DNA of 64,000 bases, from assembly GCA_965277565.1 (NCBI GenBank), contig OZ255838.1, forward strand, positions 63,423 through 127,422, read 5' to 3'. Positions 1 to 9,418 of the stretch are shown here, one piece after another. Each line of letters begins with the position of its first letter. The stretch's first letter is position 1. The stretch is from Granulicella sp. Lineage in GTDB: Bacteria; Acidobacteriota; Terriglobia; Terriglobales; Acidobacteriaceae. The position numbers and the translations under genes are program-made. Below the pieces are notes generated by a model. That model was given only the letters and a program-made list of their open reading frames with translations, was not told the DNA's origin and made no database searches.

Positions 1-585
1 CTGCGGGGGGCCGAAGAGCGCCATGGCCTGGTCGAGCAGATGCGGGCCGAGGTCCTGAAGCAGGCCGTGGGCGTCGCCGGCGGCCTCCTTCCAGGTGCCC
101 GCGCGGGGGCTGGGGCGGAAGCGGTCCCAGTGGGAGATGACCTTGGCGACCCGGCCCAGTTTGCCGCTGTCGAGCACCTGTTTGAGGGTGAGGAAATCGC
201 CATCCCAGCGGCGGTTCTGGAAGGGAATCAGCAGTTTGCCCGCGGCGTCGGCGGCTGCCATGAGGCCGCGGATGGACTCACTGGTGGGCGCCATGGGTTT
301 ATCGACGACGACGTGCTTGCCGGCGTGGAGGGCGGCCAGGGCGAGGCTCTCATGGGTGTCGTTGGGGGTGCCGACGATGATGAGATCTATGGAGGGGTCG
401 GCGAAGGCGTCCTCGGCGGAGCGGAGGATCTTCGCCATGGGGTAGATCTCCTGGGCGGTGTCTCCCGTTCTTTGGACGATGGCGGCGAGTTCCAGGCCGG
501 GAACGGCGCTGACGAAGGGGCAATGGAAGACTCGTCCGGCTAGACCATAGCCGAGTACGGCGACGCGAATGGATTCCTGGTTCAA
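1..585 (-). CDS. Gfo/Idh/MocA family oxidoreductase (C-terminus runs off the window start)
   Basis: Not in the ORF track (no stop inside the window). My minus-strand translation from TTG at 585 reads LNQESIRVAVLGYGLAGRVFHCPFVSAVPGLELAAIV...DLIIVGTPNDTHESLALAALHAGKHVVVDKPMA. It has the N-terminal Rossmann GxGxxG-type motif and the D/E-K-P motif typical of the family. Listed + ORF 40..543 is its antisense shadow. Confidence 0.75.
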   Translation of the reverse strand, partial: MNQESIRVAVLGYGLAGRVFHCPFVSAVPGLELAAIVQRTGDTAQEIYPMAKILRSAEDAFADPSIDLIIVGTPNDTHESLALAALHAGKHVVVDKPMAPTSESIRGLMAAADAAGKLLIPFQNRRWDGDFLTLKQVLDSGKLGRVAKVISHWDRFRPSPRAGTWKEAAGDAHGLLQDLGPHLLDQAMALFGPPQ

Positions 586-714
586 ATGCAACTCCGGGGA
601 GGGTTTGTCAGCTCTGGGTTTTGTTCAGTCTTGCGTTTCGAGCGGGAGGGTTTCGAGTTTGATCCGGAACGGGGATCTGTTCGGGGGCGAGGTTTGAGGT
701 GTCGAGGTTTGAGG

Positions 715-2190
715 TCAGCCGGTGACCTGTTTCAGGGCTGGGTAGAGTTTGCGGAAGCGGCTGTAGGCCTCTGCCATGACGGTGGCGTTTTGGGGCTGAA
801 TCGTCTCTGCGGCCCGGATGGTGGAGTTGCAGGCGTCTTCGACGGATGCCCAGGCGCCGATGCCTGTGCCGGCGAGAAGTGCGGCGCCAAAGGCTCCACC
901 CTCTTCCGCTTCGAGGAGTTCCACGGGGTGGTTGTAGACGTCGGCCTGGATCTGCCGCCACAGCGGACCGCGAGCGCCGCCGCCGCCCAGACGGATCGTT
1001 TCGACCGGGATGCCGAGCTCGGCAAAGAGGGTGAAGGTGTCCTGGAGCGAAAAGGCGACGCCTTCCTGCACCGCGCGGATGTAGTGGGCGCGGGTAGTGG
1101 AGGCGTTGATGCCGACAAAGGCGGCACGGGCTTTGGGGTCGAGGTGCGGGGTGCGCTCGCCGAAGAGGTACGGGGCCCAGAGCAGGCCGTCGGAGGCGGG
1201 CGGGACGGCGGAGGCGAGGGTCGTCAGGTCGTCGTAGCTGTTGAGTGGCATGAAGGTGTCGCGGAGGTAGCGGAGGCTCAAGCCCGCGCCGTTGGTGACG
1301 CCCATGACGTGCCAGAGGTTTGGCGCGGCGTGGCAGAAGGTGTGCAGGCGGCCCTTGGGATCGAGCGTCGGGCTGGCGGTAGCGGCGAAGACGACGCCGG
1401 AGGTGCCGATGGTGGCGGAGACGGAGCCCGGGGTGAGGATGCCCATGCCGACCGCGCCGGCACCCTGATCGCCCGCGCCGGCGGCTACGGGGGTATTTTC
1501 TGCGAGGCCGGAGGCGGCAGCGCCGGAGGCAGAGATGCGGGCGCAGATCTCGGGGCTTTCGTAGAGCCTGGGGAGCCAGCTCATGGGGATTCCCGCGGCC
1601 TCGGCGACCTCGCCGGACCAGCGGCGGTGCACGACGTCGAGCAGCAGCGTGCCGGAGGCCTCCTGCATGTCGATGGCGTATTCGCCCGTCAGGCGGAAGC
1701 GGACGTAATCTTTGGGGCAAAGGACATGGGCGATTCGGGCGAAGATCTCCGGCTGGTGTTCGCGCACCCACAGCAGTTTGGTCAGGGTGAAGTTGGGCAG
1801 AGCGGGATTGGCTACGAGTTGAATCAGCTTCTCGTAGCCGATTTTATTGATCAGCCAATCGCACTGGGGCTCCGTTCGTTGGTCGCACCAGATGAGGGAG
1901 GGGCGCGGAACGCGGCCTTCGGCGTCGAGCATGACGCAGCCGTGCATCTGGCCGGTGAGGCCGACGGCTTCGACCTCCGTGCCGTGGCCGGTGGCTTTTG
2001 CGTCGGCCAAGGCGCCCCGAATGGCCTGCTGCGCGGCGCGCCACCAATCTTCGGGGTTTTGCTCGGCCCAGCCGATGTGCTCGGAGTGAATCTCCGCGTG
2101 GGGCGCCGCATGGGAGCCGAGTACGCGCCCGGAGCGGTCGATGAGAACCGCCCGGGTGCCGCCCGTGCCTACGTCAATGCCGAGAAACAT
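715..2190 (-). CDS. xylB: xylulokinase (FGGY carbohydrate kinase)
   Basis: ORF 715..2493. The conserved N-terminus MFLGIDVGTGGTRAVLID starts at the internal ATG at 2190. Further FGGY motifs are GLTGQMHG and GAGDQGAGAVGMG. The 101 upstream codons overlap the divergent tolC 5' region and look non-coding. Confidence 0.9.
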   Translation of the reverse strand: MFLGIDVGTGGTRAVLIDRSGRVLGSHAAPHAEIHSEHIGWAEQNPEDWWRAAQQAIRGALADAKATGHGTEVEAVGLTGQMHGCVMLDAEGRVPRPSLIWCDQRTEPQCDWLINKIGYEKLIQLVANPALPNFTLTKLLWVREHQPEIFARIAHVLCPKDYVRFRLTGEYAIDMQEASGTLLLDVVHRRWSGEVAEAAGIPMSWLPRLYESPEICARISASGAAASGLAENTPVAAGAGDQGAGAVGMGILTPGSVSATIGTSGVVFAATASPTLDPKGRLHTFCHAAPNLWHVMGVTNGAGLSLRYLRDTFMPLNSYDDLTTLASAVPPASDGLLWAPYLFGERTPHLDPKARAAFVGINASTTRAHYIRAVQEGVAFSLQDTFTLFAELGIPVETIRLGGGGARGPLWRQIQADVYNHPVELLEAEEGGAFGAALLAGTGIGAWASVEDACNSTIRAAETIQPQNATVMAEAYSRFRKLYPALKQVTG

Positions 2191-2429
2191 CTTCCATCCT
2201 TGGGCGCCTTCGCCAGGGAAGAGTTTAAAGACCTGCGCAGGCGTTTGTCTCACCGGGTCTTGCATGTGGGCTTGCACGCAGGGCTTGGGCGTAGGTCTGG
2301 CCCATGGCCCTTTTGGGGCCGGGGCGACGACATTTTGCATACAAAGTGCGATGGAGCGCATCGAAAAACGGAAAAGGTTAAGCCGATGTTCCGGCGCGAG
2401 GTCGTCTGCGCGCGCGAGCGTTCGATAGC

Positions 2430-3962
2430 ATGGGGAGTATGGATCAAATGGGAAAAGTGCCGTCCCTGAGTTTGGGGCTGTGTGCCCTGGCATTGCTGGC
2501 CGGGCCCTCGCCGCGGGCGCAGACCACCGGTGCCAGCAACGGAACGACGGGCAACAGCGCCTCGGGTGCGAGCTCTTCGGGCAATCTGGGGGCCGTGACG
2601 CAGGTGCAGCAGCAGCTTTCGCAGCCGGGCCCCAGCGTCACCCCGAACAACGCCACGGGCCAGAACTATCGCGGCTCGGTGGTGGAGGGAAAGGCGACCG
2701 CGGGCGTGCTGTCGCTCACGTTGGACGAGGCGATCCGGCGTGGACTGCGCACCAATCTTGGGTTGGTGCTGCAGACGACGGACATCACATCCGCCAACGG
2801 CGAGCGGCTGCGCGAGCTGCAGAACCTGTTGCCCACCGTGACGGGCGCCGCGTCCATCACGGTGCAGCAGGTCAACCTGGCCGCTTACGGCCTGAAGATT
2901 CCGGGGATCAGCCCGATCGTGGGACCGTTTCAGACGGAGGATTTTCGGGCGTACCTGACGCAGAATCTGGTGAATCTGCAGTCGATACAGAACTACATCG
3001 CGACCAAGCACAACTTTCAGGCCGCCAAGCTGAGCGCCGACGATGCCCGCGATCTGGTGGTGCTCACGGTCGGCAACGCGTATCTGCTGTGCACGGCGGA
3101 CGCGGCCCGCATCACGGCGGTCGAGGCGCAGCTGGCGAGCTCGAAGCTGTCGCTCGATCAGGCCACGGCGGCGCATGAGGCCGGCACGAGTCCGCGGCTG
3201 GATGTGCTGCGCGCGCAGGTGGACTACCAGAATCAGCAGCAAAATCTGATCTCGACCCACAATCAGTTTGAAAAGGACAAGATTGCGCTGGCCCGGACGA
3301 TCGGTCTGCCGCTCGACCAGAAGTTTACGCTGGTCGATACGGCGCCGTATGCCTCGCTGGATACGCCCGAGGCTGAGGTTGCGTTTCAGCAGGCCCTGAA
3401 GCAGCGCAAGGATCTGGCCGCCGATGCCGAGCATGTGCAGGCCGCGAAGGCCAGCCAGAAGGCTGCATTCGATCAGCAGATACCGTCCCTGAACGCCAGC
3501 GGCGACTTCGGCGATCTGGGCGAGACCGTTGGACACTCGCACGGCACCTACACGGCGACGGGACAGATTACCGCGCCCATTCTGCAGCTGGCCAAGACGC
3601 ATGGCGACGAAGAGACGGCCGGGGCGCAGCGTGATCAGGTCGAAGCGCAGCTGGCCAACGATGTACAGCAAGTAAACGCGGATATCCGCGATGCCATTCT
3701 GGACATCGAATCCGCGGCCAAGCTGGTGGGGGCAGCGCGCAGCAACGTCGATCTGTCCGACGAGGCTTTGCGCGAGGCGCAGGAGCGCTTCCATAGCGGC
3801 ATCGCCGATAACCTGCCAGTCTCGCAGGCGCTGGCCACGGATCAGCAGGCAAACGATCAGTACATCGCGGCGTTGTACCAGCACAATGTTGCCAAGCTGG
3901 AGCTGGCAAGGGCGCTGGGCGTGGCAACGACCAACTACAAGCAATATCTCGGAGGAAAGTAA
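2430..3962 (+). CDS. TolC-family outer membrane efflux protein
   Basis: Signal peptide (LSLGLCALALLAGPSPRAQT), then two OEP-type repeat halves (LTLDEAIRRGLRTNLGL..., FQQALKQRKDLAADAEHVQAAKA...). Stop is 2 nt before the HlyD-family gene. Confidence 0.85.
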   Translation: MGSMDQMGKVPSLSLGLCALALLAGPSPRAQTTGASNGTTGNSASGASSSGNLGAVTQVQQQLSQPGPSVTPNNATGQNYRGSVVEGKATAGVLSLTLDEAIRRGLRTNLGLVLQTTDITSANGERLRELQNLLPTVTGAASITVQQVNLAAYGLKIPGISPIVGPFQTEDFRAYLTQNLVNLQSIQNYIATKHNFQAAKLSADDARDLVVLTVGNAYLLCTADAARITAVEAQLASSKLSLDQATAAHEAGTSPRLDVLRAQVDYQNQQQNLISTHNQFEKDKIALARTIGLPLDQKFTLVDTAPYASLDTPEAEVAFQQALKQRKDLAADAEHVQAAKASQKAAFDQQIPSLNASGDFGDLGETVGHSHGTYTATGQITAPILQLAKTHGDEETAGAQRDQVEAQLANDVQQVNADIRDAILDIESAAKLVGAARSNVDLSDEALREAQERFHSGIADNLPVSQALATDQQANDQYIAALYQHNVAKLELARALGVATTNYKQYLGGK

Positions 3963-3964
3963 CG

Positions 3965-5335
3965 GTGGCCGATCAGAACCAGGGGCAGGGAATGCAGGGC
4001 AGCGGGCAGGGCGAGGGAGGAGGCACGCAGACCGCGCAGATCTCCGGTACCGTCCAGATCAAGCCTCAGGATGGCGGCAACGCGGGCGCGGGCCAGGGGC
4101 CAAGCAACGGTGGAGCGAACGGCGGGGGCAAGGACGACAAGGCCAAGGCCGAGTCGCCGGCCAAAAAAACGCGCCGCAATATCATCATCGCCGTCGTGGT
4201 GATCTTGCTGATCCTCGTCGCGGGCATCCTTTACTGGCGTTCCACCTTCACCGAGAACACCGATGACGCGCAGGTGGATGGCAACCTCTACCAGGTGAGC
4301 GCGCGTGTGGCCGGTCAGGTGACGAAGGTTTATGTGAATGAGGAGCAGCTGGTCAAGGCCGGGCAGCCGATCGCGGATGTGGATCCAAGCGATTACCAGG
4401 TCGCTTTGGAACAGGCGGAGGCGAATCTCGCCAACGCCCGGGCGGAGTATACGCAGGCAACCGCCAACGTGCCGATCACCAGTGTCAGCGTGCGTACGTC
4501 GGTCACGACCGCTGGCCAGGATGTGCAGAGCAACACGGCCAGCGTGCAGCAGGCGCAGTCCAATGCGCAGGCGATGCAGGCGCGCATTCTGCAGGCGCAG
4601 GCCAACGCCCTGAAGGCGCAGACCGATGTGGACCGCTACACCCCCCTGGTGGCGCGGGACGTCATCTCCAAGCAGCAGTATGATGCTGCCGTGGCGACGG
4701 CGACCGCAATGCAGGCACAGGTGGATGAGGCGCAGCGCGACGAGGCGGGTTCGCAGCAACAGGTGTTGTCCGCGGAGCAGCGGCTGGCCTCGGCACGGTC
4801 GCAGCAGGCGCAGAACCAGCAGAATGCACCCAAGCAGGTGGCGGTGCAGCAGGCGCGCGCCACCGCCGCGGAGGCATCGATCAAGCAGGCGCAGGCACGG
4901 GTGGACCAGGCGAAGCTGAACCTGGGCTATGCCAAGATCATCGCGCCGATCGATGGCATTGTCAGCCGGAAGAACGTAGCTGTGGGGGACAATCTGAGCG
5001 TGGGGCAGTCGCTGCTCACGGTGGTCCCGCTCAGGGATCTCTGGGTGACAGCGAACTTCAAAGAGACGCAGCTCCGGGGCATGCGCGAAGGCCAAGACGT
5101 CGACATCAAGGTAGACGCTCTGGGCGGCCGGCACTTCACCGGCCGCATCACGCAGGTCGGGGGCGCGACGGGATCGCGGTTGAGCCTGTTTCCGCCGGAA
5201 AACGCTACCGGAAACTATGTGAAGGTAGTGCAGCGCATTCCTGTGCGCATCGATTTCACGAACCTGGCGCAGGAGAACAAGGATGAGGCGCTGCGTGCCG
5301 GCATGTCGGTCGAGCCGGACGTGCATGTCAAGTGA
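3965..5335 (+). CDS. HlyD/EmrA-family membrane fusion (periplasmic adaptor) protein
   Basis: GTG start. About 70-aa Gly/Gln-rich N-terminal tail, one TM (IIIAVVVILLILVAGILYW), a lipoyl-like motif (VSARVAGQVTKVYVNEEQLVKAGQPIADVDPSDY), a long coiled coil and a C-terminal beta-barrel (IIAPIDGIVSRKNVAVGDNL). Confidence 0.85.
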   Translation: MADQNQGQGMQGSGQGEGGGTQTAQISGTVQIKPQDGGNAGAGQGPSNGGANGGGKDDKAKAESPAKKTRRNIIIAVVVILLILVAGILYWRSTFTENTDDAQVDGNLYQVSARVAGQVTKVYVNEEQLVKAGQPIADVDPSDYQVALEQAEANLANARAEYTQATANVPITSVSVRTSVTTAGQDVQSNTASVQQAQSNAQAMQARILQAQANALKAQTDVDRYTPLVARDVISKQQYDAAVATATAMQAQVDEAQRDEAGSQQQVLSAEQRLASARSQQAQNQQNAPKQVAVQQARATAAEASIKQAQARVDQAKLNLGYAKIIAPIDGIVSRKNVAVGDNLSVGQSLLTVVPLRDLWVTANFKETQLRGMREGQDVDIKVDALGGRHFTGRITQVGGATGSRLSLFPPENATGNYVKVVQRIPVRIDFTNLAQENKDEALRAGMSVEPDVHVK

Positions 5336-5361
5336 CGGAGGCCTGCAACCGATACCTTTCA

Positions 5362-5392
5362 CGGGCGGCTCTTCGGAGCCGCCCTGATTTTT
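5362..5392 (+). terminator. rho-independent terminator after the tolC-hlyD pair
   Basis: GGGCGGCTC-TTCG-GAGCCGCCC, a perfect 9-bp GC-rich stem with a TTCG loop, followed by TGATTTTTA. Lies 27 nt after the stop at 5335. Confidence 0.75.
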
Positions 5393-5462
5393 ATGCAGAA
5401 ATCCGCACCAACTTGGTGGGTGGTACATCTATCGGGTAACGGTCCCTGAGGAGGAGAAAGGC

Positions 5463-6422
5463 ATGGAGTTTCTGCTGCGAGTCTTCACGCACCATGCGTA
5501 TGCGATCCTCTTCGGCTGGGTGCTGATCGAGCAGGCGGGGCTGCCGGTGCCCAGTGTGCCTGTGTTGCTGGCTGCCGGCACCATGAGCGCCGCGCATCGC
5601 CTGCACGTCGCCTTTGTGCTGCCGCTGATCCTGCTGGCCTGCCTTCTCTCCGATTCCACCTGGTACTTTCTTGGCCGCCGCTACGGGACCCGCATCGTGA
5701 ACCTGCTTTGCCGCATGTCGCTCGAAGCCGCGAGTTGCGTGACGCGCACCCAGGGCAGCCTCAGCCGTCGCGGCGGGATTACCTTGCTGTTTGCAAAGTT
5801 TGTTCCCGGGCTGAGCACCATGGCCGCCCCGATGGCCGGGCAGGCGGGCATGAGCTACGGCGCGTTCCTCCTGTTTGACATGGCCGGCGCCCTCGCCTGG
5901 GCCAGCGCGTGGCTGTTTGGCGGTCGCTTTCTTGGCGATCTTGCGGAGCGCAGCAGCCATATCTTCGCGGTGCTCGCGCATTTTGCCGTGGGTCTGGTGC
6001 TGCTGATGGTGATGGGCGTGCTGGTGGTCCGCTACGTTCGGCGGCTCAAGTTTTTGCGCGAACTGCGCGGACTCCGCCTGGAGCCCGCGCAGTTAATGGC
6101 GATGATCCAGGATGCGGAGCGGGAAGGGTTGCAGCCGCCCTTTATCGTGGATCTGCGGCATCCGCTGGATGTGTTATCGGACCCGCTGGTCCTCCCCTAC
6201 GCGCTGCGCATTGGACCGGATGAGCTGAAGGCGCGGCACGGCATGATTCCGCGTGATCGCGATGTGGTTCTGTACTGCACCTGCCCAAGCGAGGAGACCA
6301 GCGCGAAGGTGGCGCTGGAGTTGCGCAGGCTCGGCATACGGCGGGTACGGCCGCTGCGGGGCGGTCTGCAGGGCTGGCGCGATGCCGGCTATGCGCTGGA
6401 GCCGGTGCAGGTGGCGGCTTGA
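5463..6422 (+). CDS. DedA-family membrane protein fused to a C-terminal rhodanese-like domain
   Basis: Strong RBS (GAGGAGGAGAAAGGC before the ATG). N-terminal DedA/SNARE-associated region (FGWVLIEQAGLPVPSVPVLLAAG, several TMs). C-terminal rhodanese signature (RDRDVVLYCTCPSEETSAKVALELRRLGIRRVRPLRGGLQGW). Confidence 0.75.
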   Translation: MEFLLRVFTHHAYAILFGWVLIEQAGLPVPSVPVLLAAGTMSAAHRLHVAFVLPLILLACLLSDSTWYFLGRRYGTRIVNLLCRMSLEAASCVTRTQGSLSRRGGITLLFAKFVPGLSTMAAPMAGQAGMSYGAFLLFDMAGALAWASAWLFGGRFLGDLAERSSHIFAVLAHFAVGLVLLMVMGVLVVRYVRRLKFLRELRGLRLEPAQLMAMIQDAEREGLQPPFIVDLRHPLDVLSDPLVLPYALRIGPDELKARHGMIPRDRDVVLYCTCPSEETSAKVALELRRLGIRRVRPLRGGLQGWRDAGYALEPVQVAA

Positions 6423-6635
6423 CGGCCTGCGTCACAGAGTCATATATGCAGGCCGGCAGATCCTGTTGAGTCGCGAGGACCGAGGCAACGAGGTCTGAGG
6501 GTTCCGAGTTTTCAGTTCTTAAGTGCGAGTTTTTAGCGAGTGCCACCTGCTCGTTTGTCCGTCTTGTCGAAGCGATTCAGTACGGGGCAGTAGCGTCGCG
6601 GACCCAATGGCGGCGATGATGGAACTGCTGCAGCG

Positions 6636-8261
6636 TTGCTGCCTGGAGAACCTGGTTTGGCTTACGACGGATTACGCGATTGGCTGCGTGCGCTGGAGCG
6701 CGCAGGGGAAGTGAAGCGGGTAAAGGCTCCGGTCTCACCCATTCTGGAGATGGCGGAGATTGCCGATCGCGCTGCCAAAAGTGGCCGAGGGACGAAGTAC
6801 GCGGGTGGACCGGCGCTGCTGTTTGAAAACGTGACGGGGTACAAAGGCGCGCGCGTGCTGATGAATCAGTTCGGCAGCGAACGCCGCATGAAGCTGGCGC
6901 TGGAGGTCGATTCGCTGGACGAGATCGCCGGGCGCATCGAGGCGCTCCTGCATCCGGTTCCGCCAACGGGTTTGCTCGATAAGCTCAAGCTGCTGCCCAT
7001 GCTGGCCGAGGTTGGGTCTTTCTTTCCGAGGCGCATAGAGGCGAAGCGCGCGCCGTGCAAGGACGTGATTCTCAAGGGCGATGACATCGATGTCCTGAAG
7101 TTTCCGGTGCTGCAGACCTGGCCCGGTGATGGTGGCCGCTTCATCACGCTGCCCTGTGTGGTTACGCGCGATCCCCGCAGTTCAAACGGCCTGCCCGGCA
7201 AGCGCAATGTGGGCATGTATCGCATGCAGGTGTACGACGCGAAGACCACGGGCATGCACTGGCAACGGCAGAAAAACGCGGCTGAACAGCTGCGGGATCG
7301 CCTGCGTGCGGCTGCGCAGGACACGGCGGGCGCAGTCGATGTGATGGCGTTGACCGCGGGTGGCACCGTGGCCGCGGCGGATACCTCCAGCGTGCCGCAG
7401 ACGGTGCTGACGAAGGTGCGTGGCGAGCGCATGGAGGTTGCCGTGGCGATCGGCACCGATCCGGCGACGACCTTTTCTGCAATCGTTCCTGCCCCGCCCG
7501 AGATTGAGGAGTATCTGATCGCGGGCTTTCTGCGCCGCAAAGCGGTGGAGCTGGTGCGCTGCGAGACGGTGGACCTGGAGGTGCCCGCACATGCGGAGAT
7601 TGTGCTGGAAGGCTATGTGGAGTTAGGCGAATTGCGCAGCGAAGGGCCCTTCGGCGATCACACCGGCTTTTACACCATGCCGGACGACTACCCGGTGTTT
7701 CACATCACCTGCATCACGCACCGCAAAGACCCCATCTATGCCGCCACGATTGTCGGTAAGCCGCCGATGGAGGATGCCTGGATGGGCAAGGCCGTGGAGC
7801 GTATCTTTCTGCCGCTGATGCGGCTCACGCTGCCGGAGATTGTGGATATCAACCTGCCTGCCGAAGGTGTATTTCACAACCTGATGATCGTGAGCATCCG
7901 CAAGAGCTACGCGGGCCACGCGCGCAAGGTGATGAACGGCATCTGGGCACTGGGGCAGGCGATGTTTACCAAGTGCATCATCGTGGTAGACGAGGACTGC
8001 GATGTGCAGGACCTTGGCGAGGTGACGCTGCGCACGGCGAATAACATCGACCCGGAACGGGATATTCAGTTCACGCTGGGACCGGTGGATTCGTTGGACC
8101 ATGCTTCGCGGCTGCCGAATTTTGGGTCGAAGATGGGTGTCGATGCGACGCGGAAGTGGGCTGCCGAAGGGTTTACGAGGCCATGGCCGCAGATGTTGAC
8201 GATGCCTGAAGACGTGAAGTCCAAGGTGAAAAGGATCTGTGATGATCTGGGCCTGCGATAA
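6636..8261 (+). CDS. UbiD-family (prenylated-FMN dependent) decarboxylase
   Basis: Family-typical N-terminus AYDGLRDWLRALERAGEVKRVKAPVSP, then FENVTGYKGARVLMNQFGS, GMYRMQV and FGDHTGFYT. TTG at 6636; the in-frame TTG at 6657 (giving MAYDGLRDWL) is at least as likely the true start. Confidence 0.85.
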   Translation: MLPGEPGLAYDGLRDWLRALERAGEVKRVKAPVSPILEMAEIADRAAKSGRGTKYAGGPALLFENVTGYKGARVLMNQFGSERRMKLALEVDSLDEIAGRIEALLHPVPPTGLLDKLKLLPMLAEVGSFFPRRIEAKRAPCKDVILKGDDIDVLKFPVLQTWPGDGGRFITLPCVVTRDPRSSNGLPGKRNVGMYRMQVYDAKTTGMHWQRQKNAAEQLRDRLRAAAQDTAGAVDVMALTAGGTVAAADTSSVPQTVLTKVRGERMEVAVAIGTDPATTFSAIVPAPPEIEEYLIAGFLRRKAVELVRCETVDLEVPAHAEIVLEGYVELGELRSEGPFGDHTGFYTMPDDYPVFHITCITHRKDPIYAATIVGKPPMEDAWMGKAVERIFLPLMRLTLPEIVDINLPAEGVFHNLMIVSIRKSYAGHARKVMNGIWALGQAMFTKCIIVVDEDCDVQDLGEVTLRTANNIDPERDIQFTLGPVDSLDHASRLPNFGSKMGVDATRKWAAEGFTRPWPQMLTMPEDVKSKVKRICDDLGLR

Positions 8262-8299
8262 TGCACGATGCAACCATCCGCTGACCGGTAAGGGAAAGA

Positions 8300-9046
8300 A
8301 TGCTCGCTCGTGTGCTCGTGCTGTTTTGTTGGTTATGCCCGTCCATGTGTTTTGCTCAGGAACGAATAGCGGAGAGCAGTGCCTTTGATCGCAAGAACAC
8401 CTGGACCGTGCTGGCGGACTACTCGAACACCTCCAGCCATATCATCGCGGGCCGGGCGCGGCAGCGTGAGCTGGTCACGTTGGGTGGGGCGTACACGCGA
8501 CGGATAGTGCGGTTCTGGGGAACGGAGCTGGGGTATCGCGTCGAGGTGAGGCCGGTGATCTTTGAAAGCGATCCGGTCCAGCTCAGCACCGTGGTATACA
8601 GCGGCGCGAATATGCAGACGTTCACCGGAAGCGCTGCCACGGCGGGTGTTTGCAGGCCTTTCACGAGTTCAATGACCTACCCGGAGCCCCAGCCTTATCC
8701 TTCTGAAACGATTACCACGGTCGCGACCTGCGGAAGACAGTGGACCTTTGGTCAGTCGATGTCGCCTTTTGGGGTGAAATACGGACTGGCGATCCGGCAT
8801 CGGGTGCAGCCCTATCTGATCGGCACGCTCGGCTACATGTATACGAGCAGGCCGGTGCCCGTCAGCACCGCTGAGGCGTTTAACTTCGTAGTCGATGCCG
8901 GGGCGGGTGTGGAGGTATATCGTTCGAGGCGACGATCCCTCTCGATCGAGACGCGGGTACGTCACATCTCCAATCGAGATACCGCGCAGACCAATCCCGG
9001 CGTGGATAACGTCACGTATGGCGTGTCGTATCACTTTGGGCGCTGA
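8300..9046 (+). CDS. acyloxyacyl hydrolase / PagL-like lipid A deacylase family outer-membrane beta-barrel protein
   Basis: Signal peptide (LVLFCWLCPSMCFAQ), alternating beta-strand pattern, C-terminal HxSN motif (VRHISNRDTAQTNPGVDNVTYGVSYHF) as in PagL-type deacylases. Confidence 0.55.
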   Translation: MLARVLVLFCWLCPSMCFAQERIAESSAFDRKNTWTVLADYSNTSSHIIAGRARQRELVTLGGAYTRRIVRFWGTELGYRVEVRPVIFESDPVQLSTVVYSGANMQTFTGSAATAGVCRPFTSSMTYPEPQPYPSETITTVATCGRQWTFGQSMSPFGVKYGLAIRHRVQPYLIGTLGYMYTSRPVPVSTAEAFNFVVDAGAGVEVYRSRRRSLSIETRVRHISNRDTAQTNPGVDNVTYGVSYHFGR

Positions 9047-9100
9047 GCGTGCTTAGCTCCCATCGAGATCAGGCCGTTACAGGTTCAGGTGCTATGGACA

Positions 9101-9418
9101 CTAACCGGAGCTTCGCATTTCCGCGACGGCTTCCTGAATCGCTTGCTCGGGCACGCCGTGGGCGAGCAGTCTGCGGCTGAGTTCTTCGACGGCGGTGTTT
9201 CCCGCTTGCTGAGCGGCGCGCTCGGCCTCCCGTTGGGCGAGATGCTGGCGTAGACCGTTGGAGATATAAGCGCGAATGAGCGCCTGGTAGCCGCCGAAGC
9301 CGAGTGTGGGCGCGATCTCCTTGAGGTCGTCGATGACGTGTGTGGGCAGGCGCAGGGAGATCAGGGTCATGGGCTTGTTCGGTTGCATGTTGCGCTGAAT
9401 ACGTTCACTCATTTTCAT
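9101..9418 (-). CDS. brnA: BrnA-family antitoxin (ribbon-helix-helix)
   Basis: ISLRLPTHVIDDLKEIAPTLGFGGYQALIRAYI matches the BrnA pattern. Overlaps the upstream brnT by 14 nt. Confidence 0.8.
   Translation of the reverse strand: MKMSERIQRNMQPNKPMTLISLRLPTHVIDDLKEIAPTLGFGGYQALIRAYISNGLRQHLAQREAERAAQQAGNTAVEELSRRLLAHGVPEQAIQEAVAEMRSSG

Noticed and set aside
586-2469. 627-aa + strand ORF (Gly/Ala/Arg-rich)
   Set aside because: It lies exactly antisense to xylB, whose product has clear FGGY kinase motifs. Its composition is typical of a high-GC shadow ORF and it has no recognisable domain.
2250-5428. Long minus-strand ORFs 2250..3944 (564 aa) and 3935..5428 (497 aa)
   Set aside because: They are antisense to the TolC-family and HlyD-family genes. 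Both are Arg/Leu/Gln-rich low-information sequences, while the + strand products have strong family signatures.
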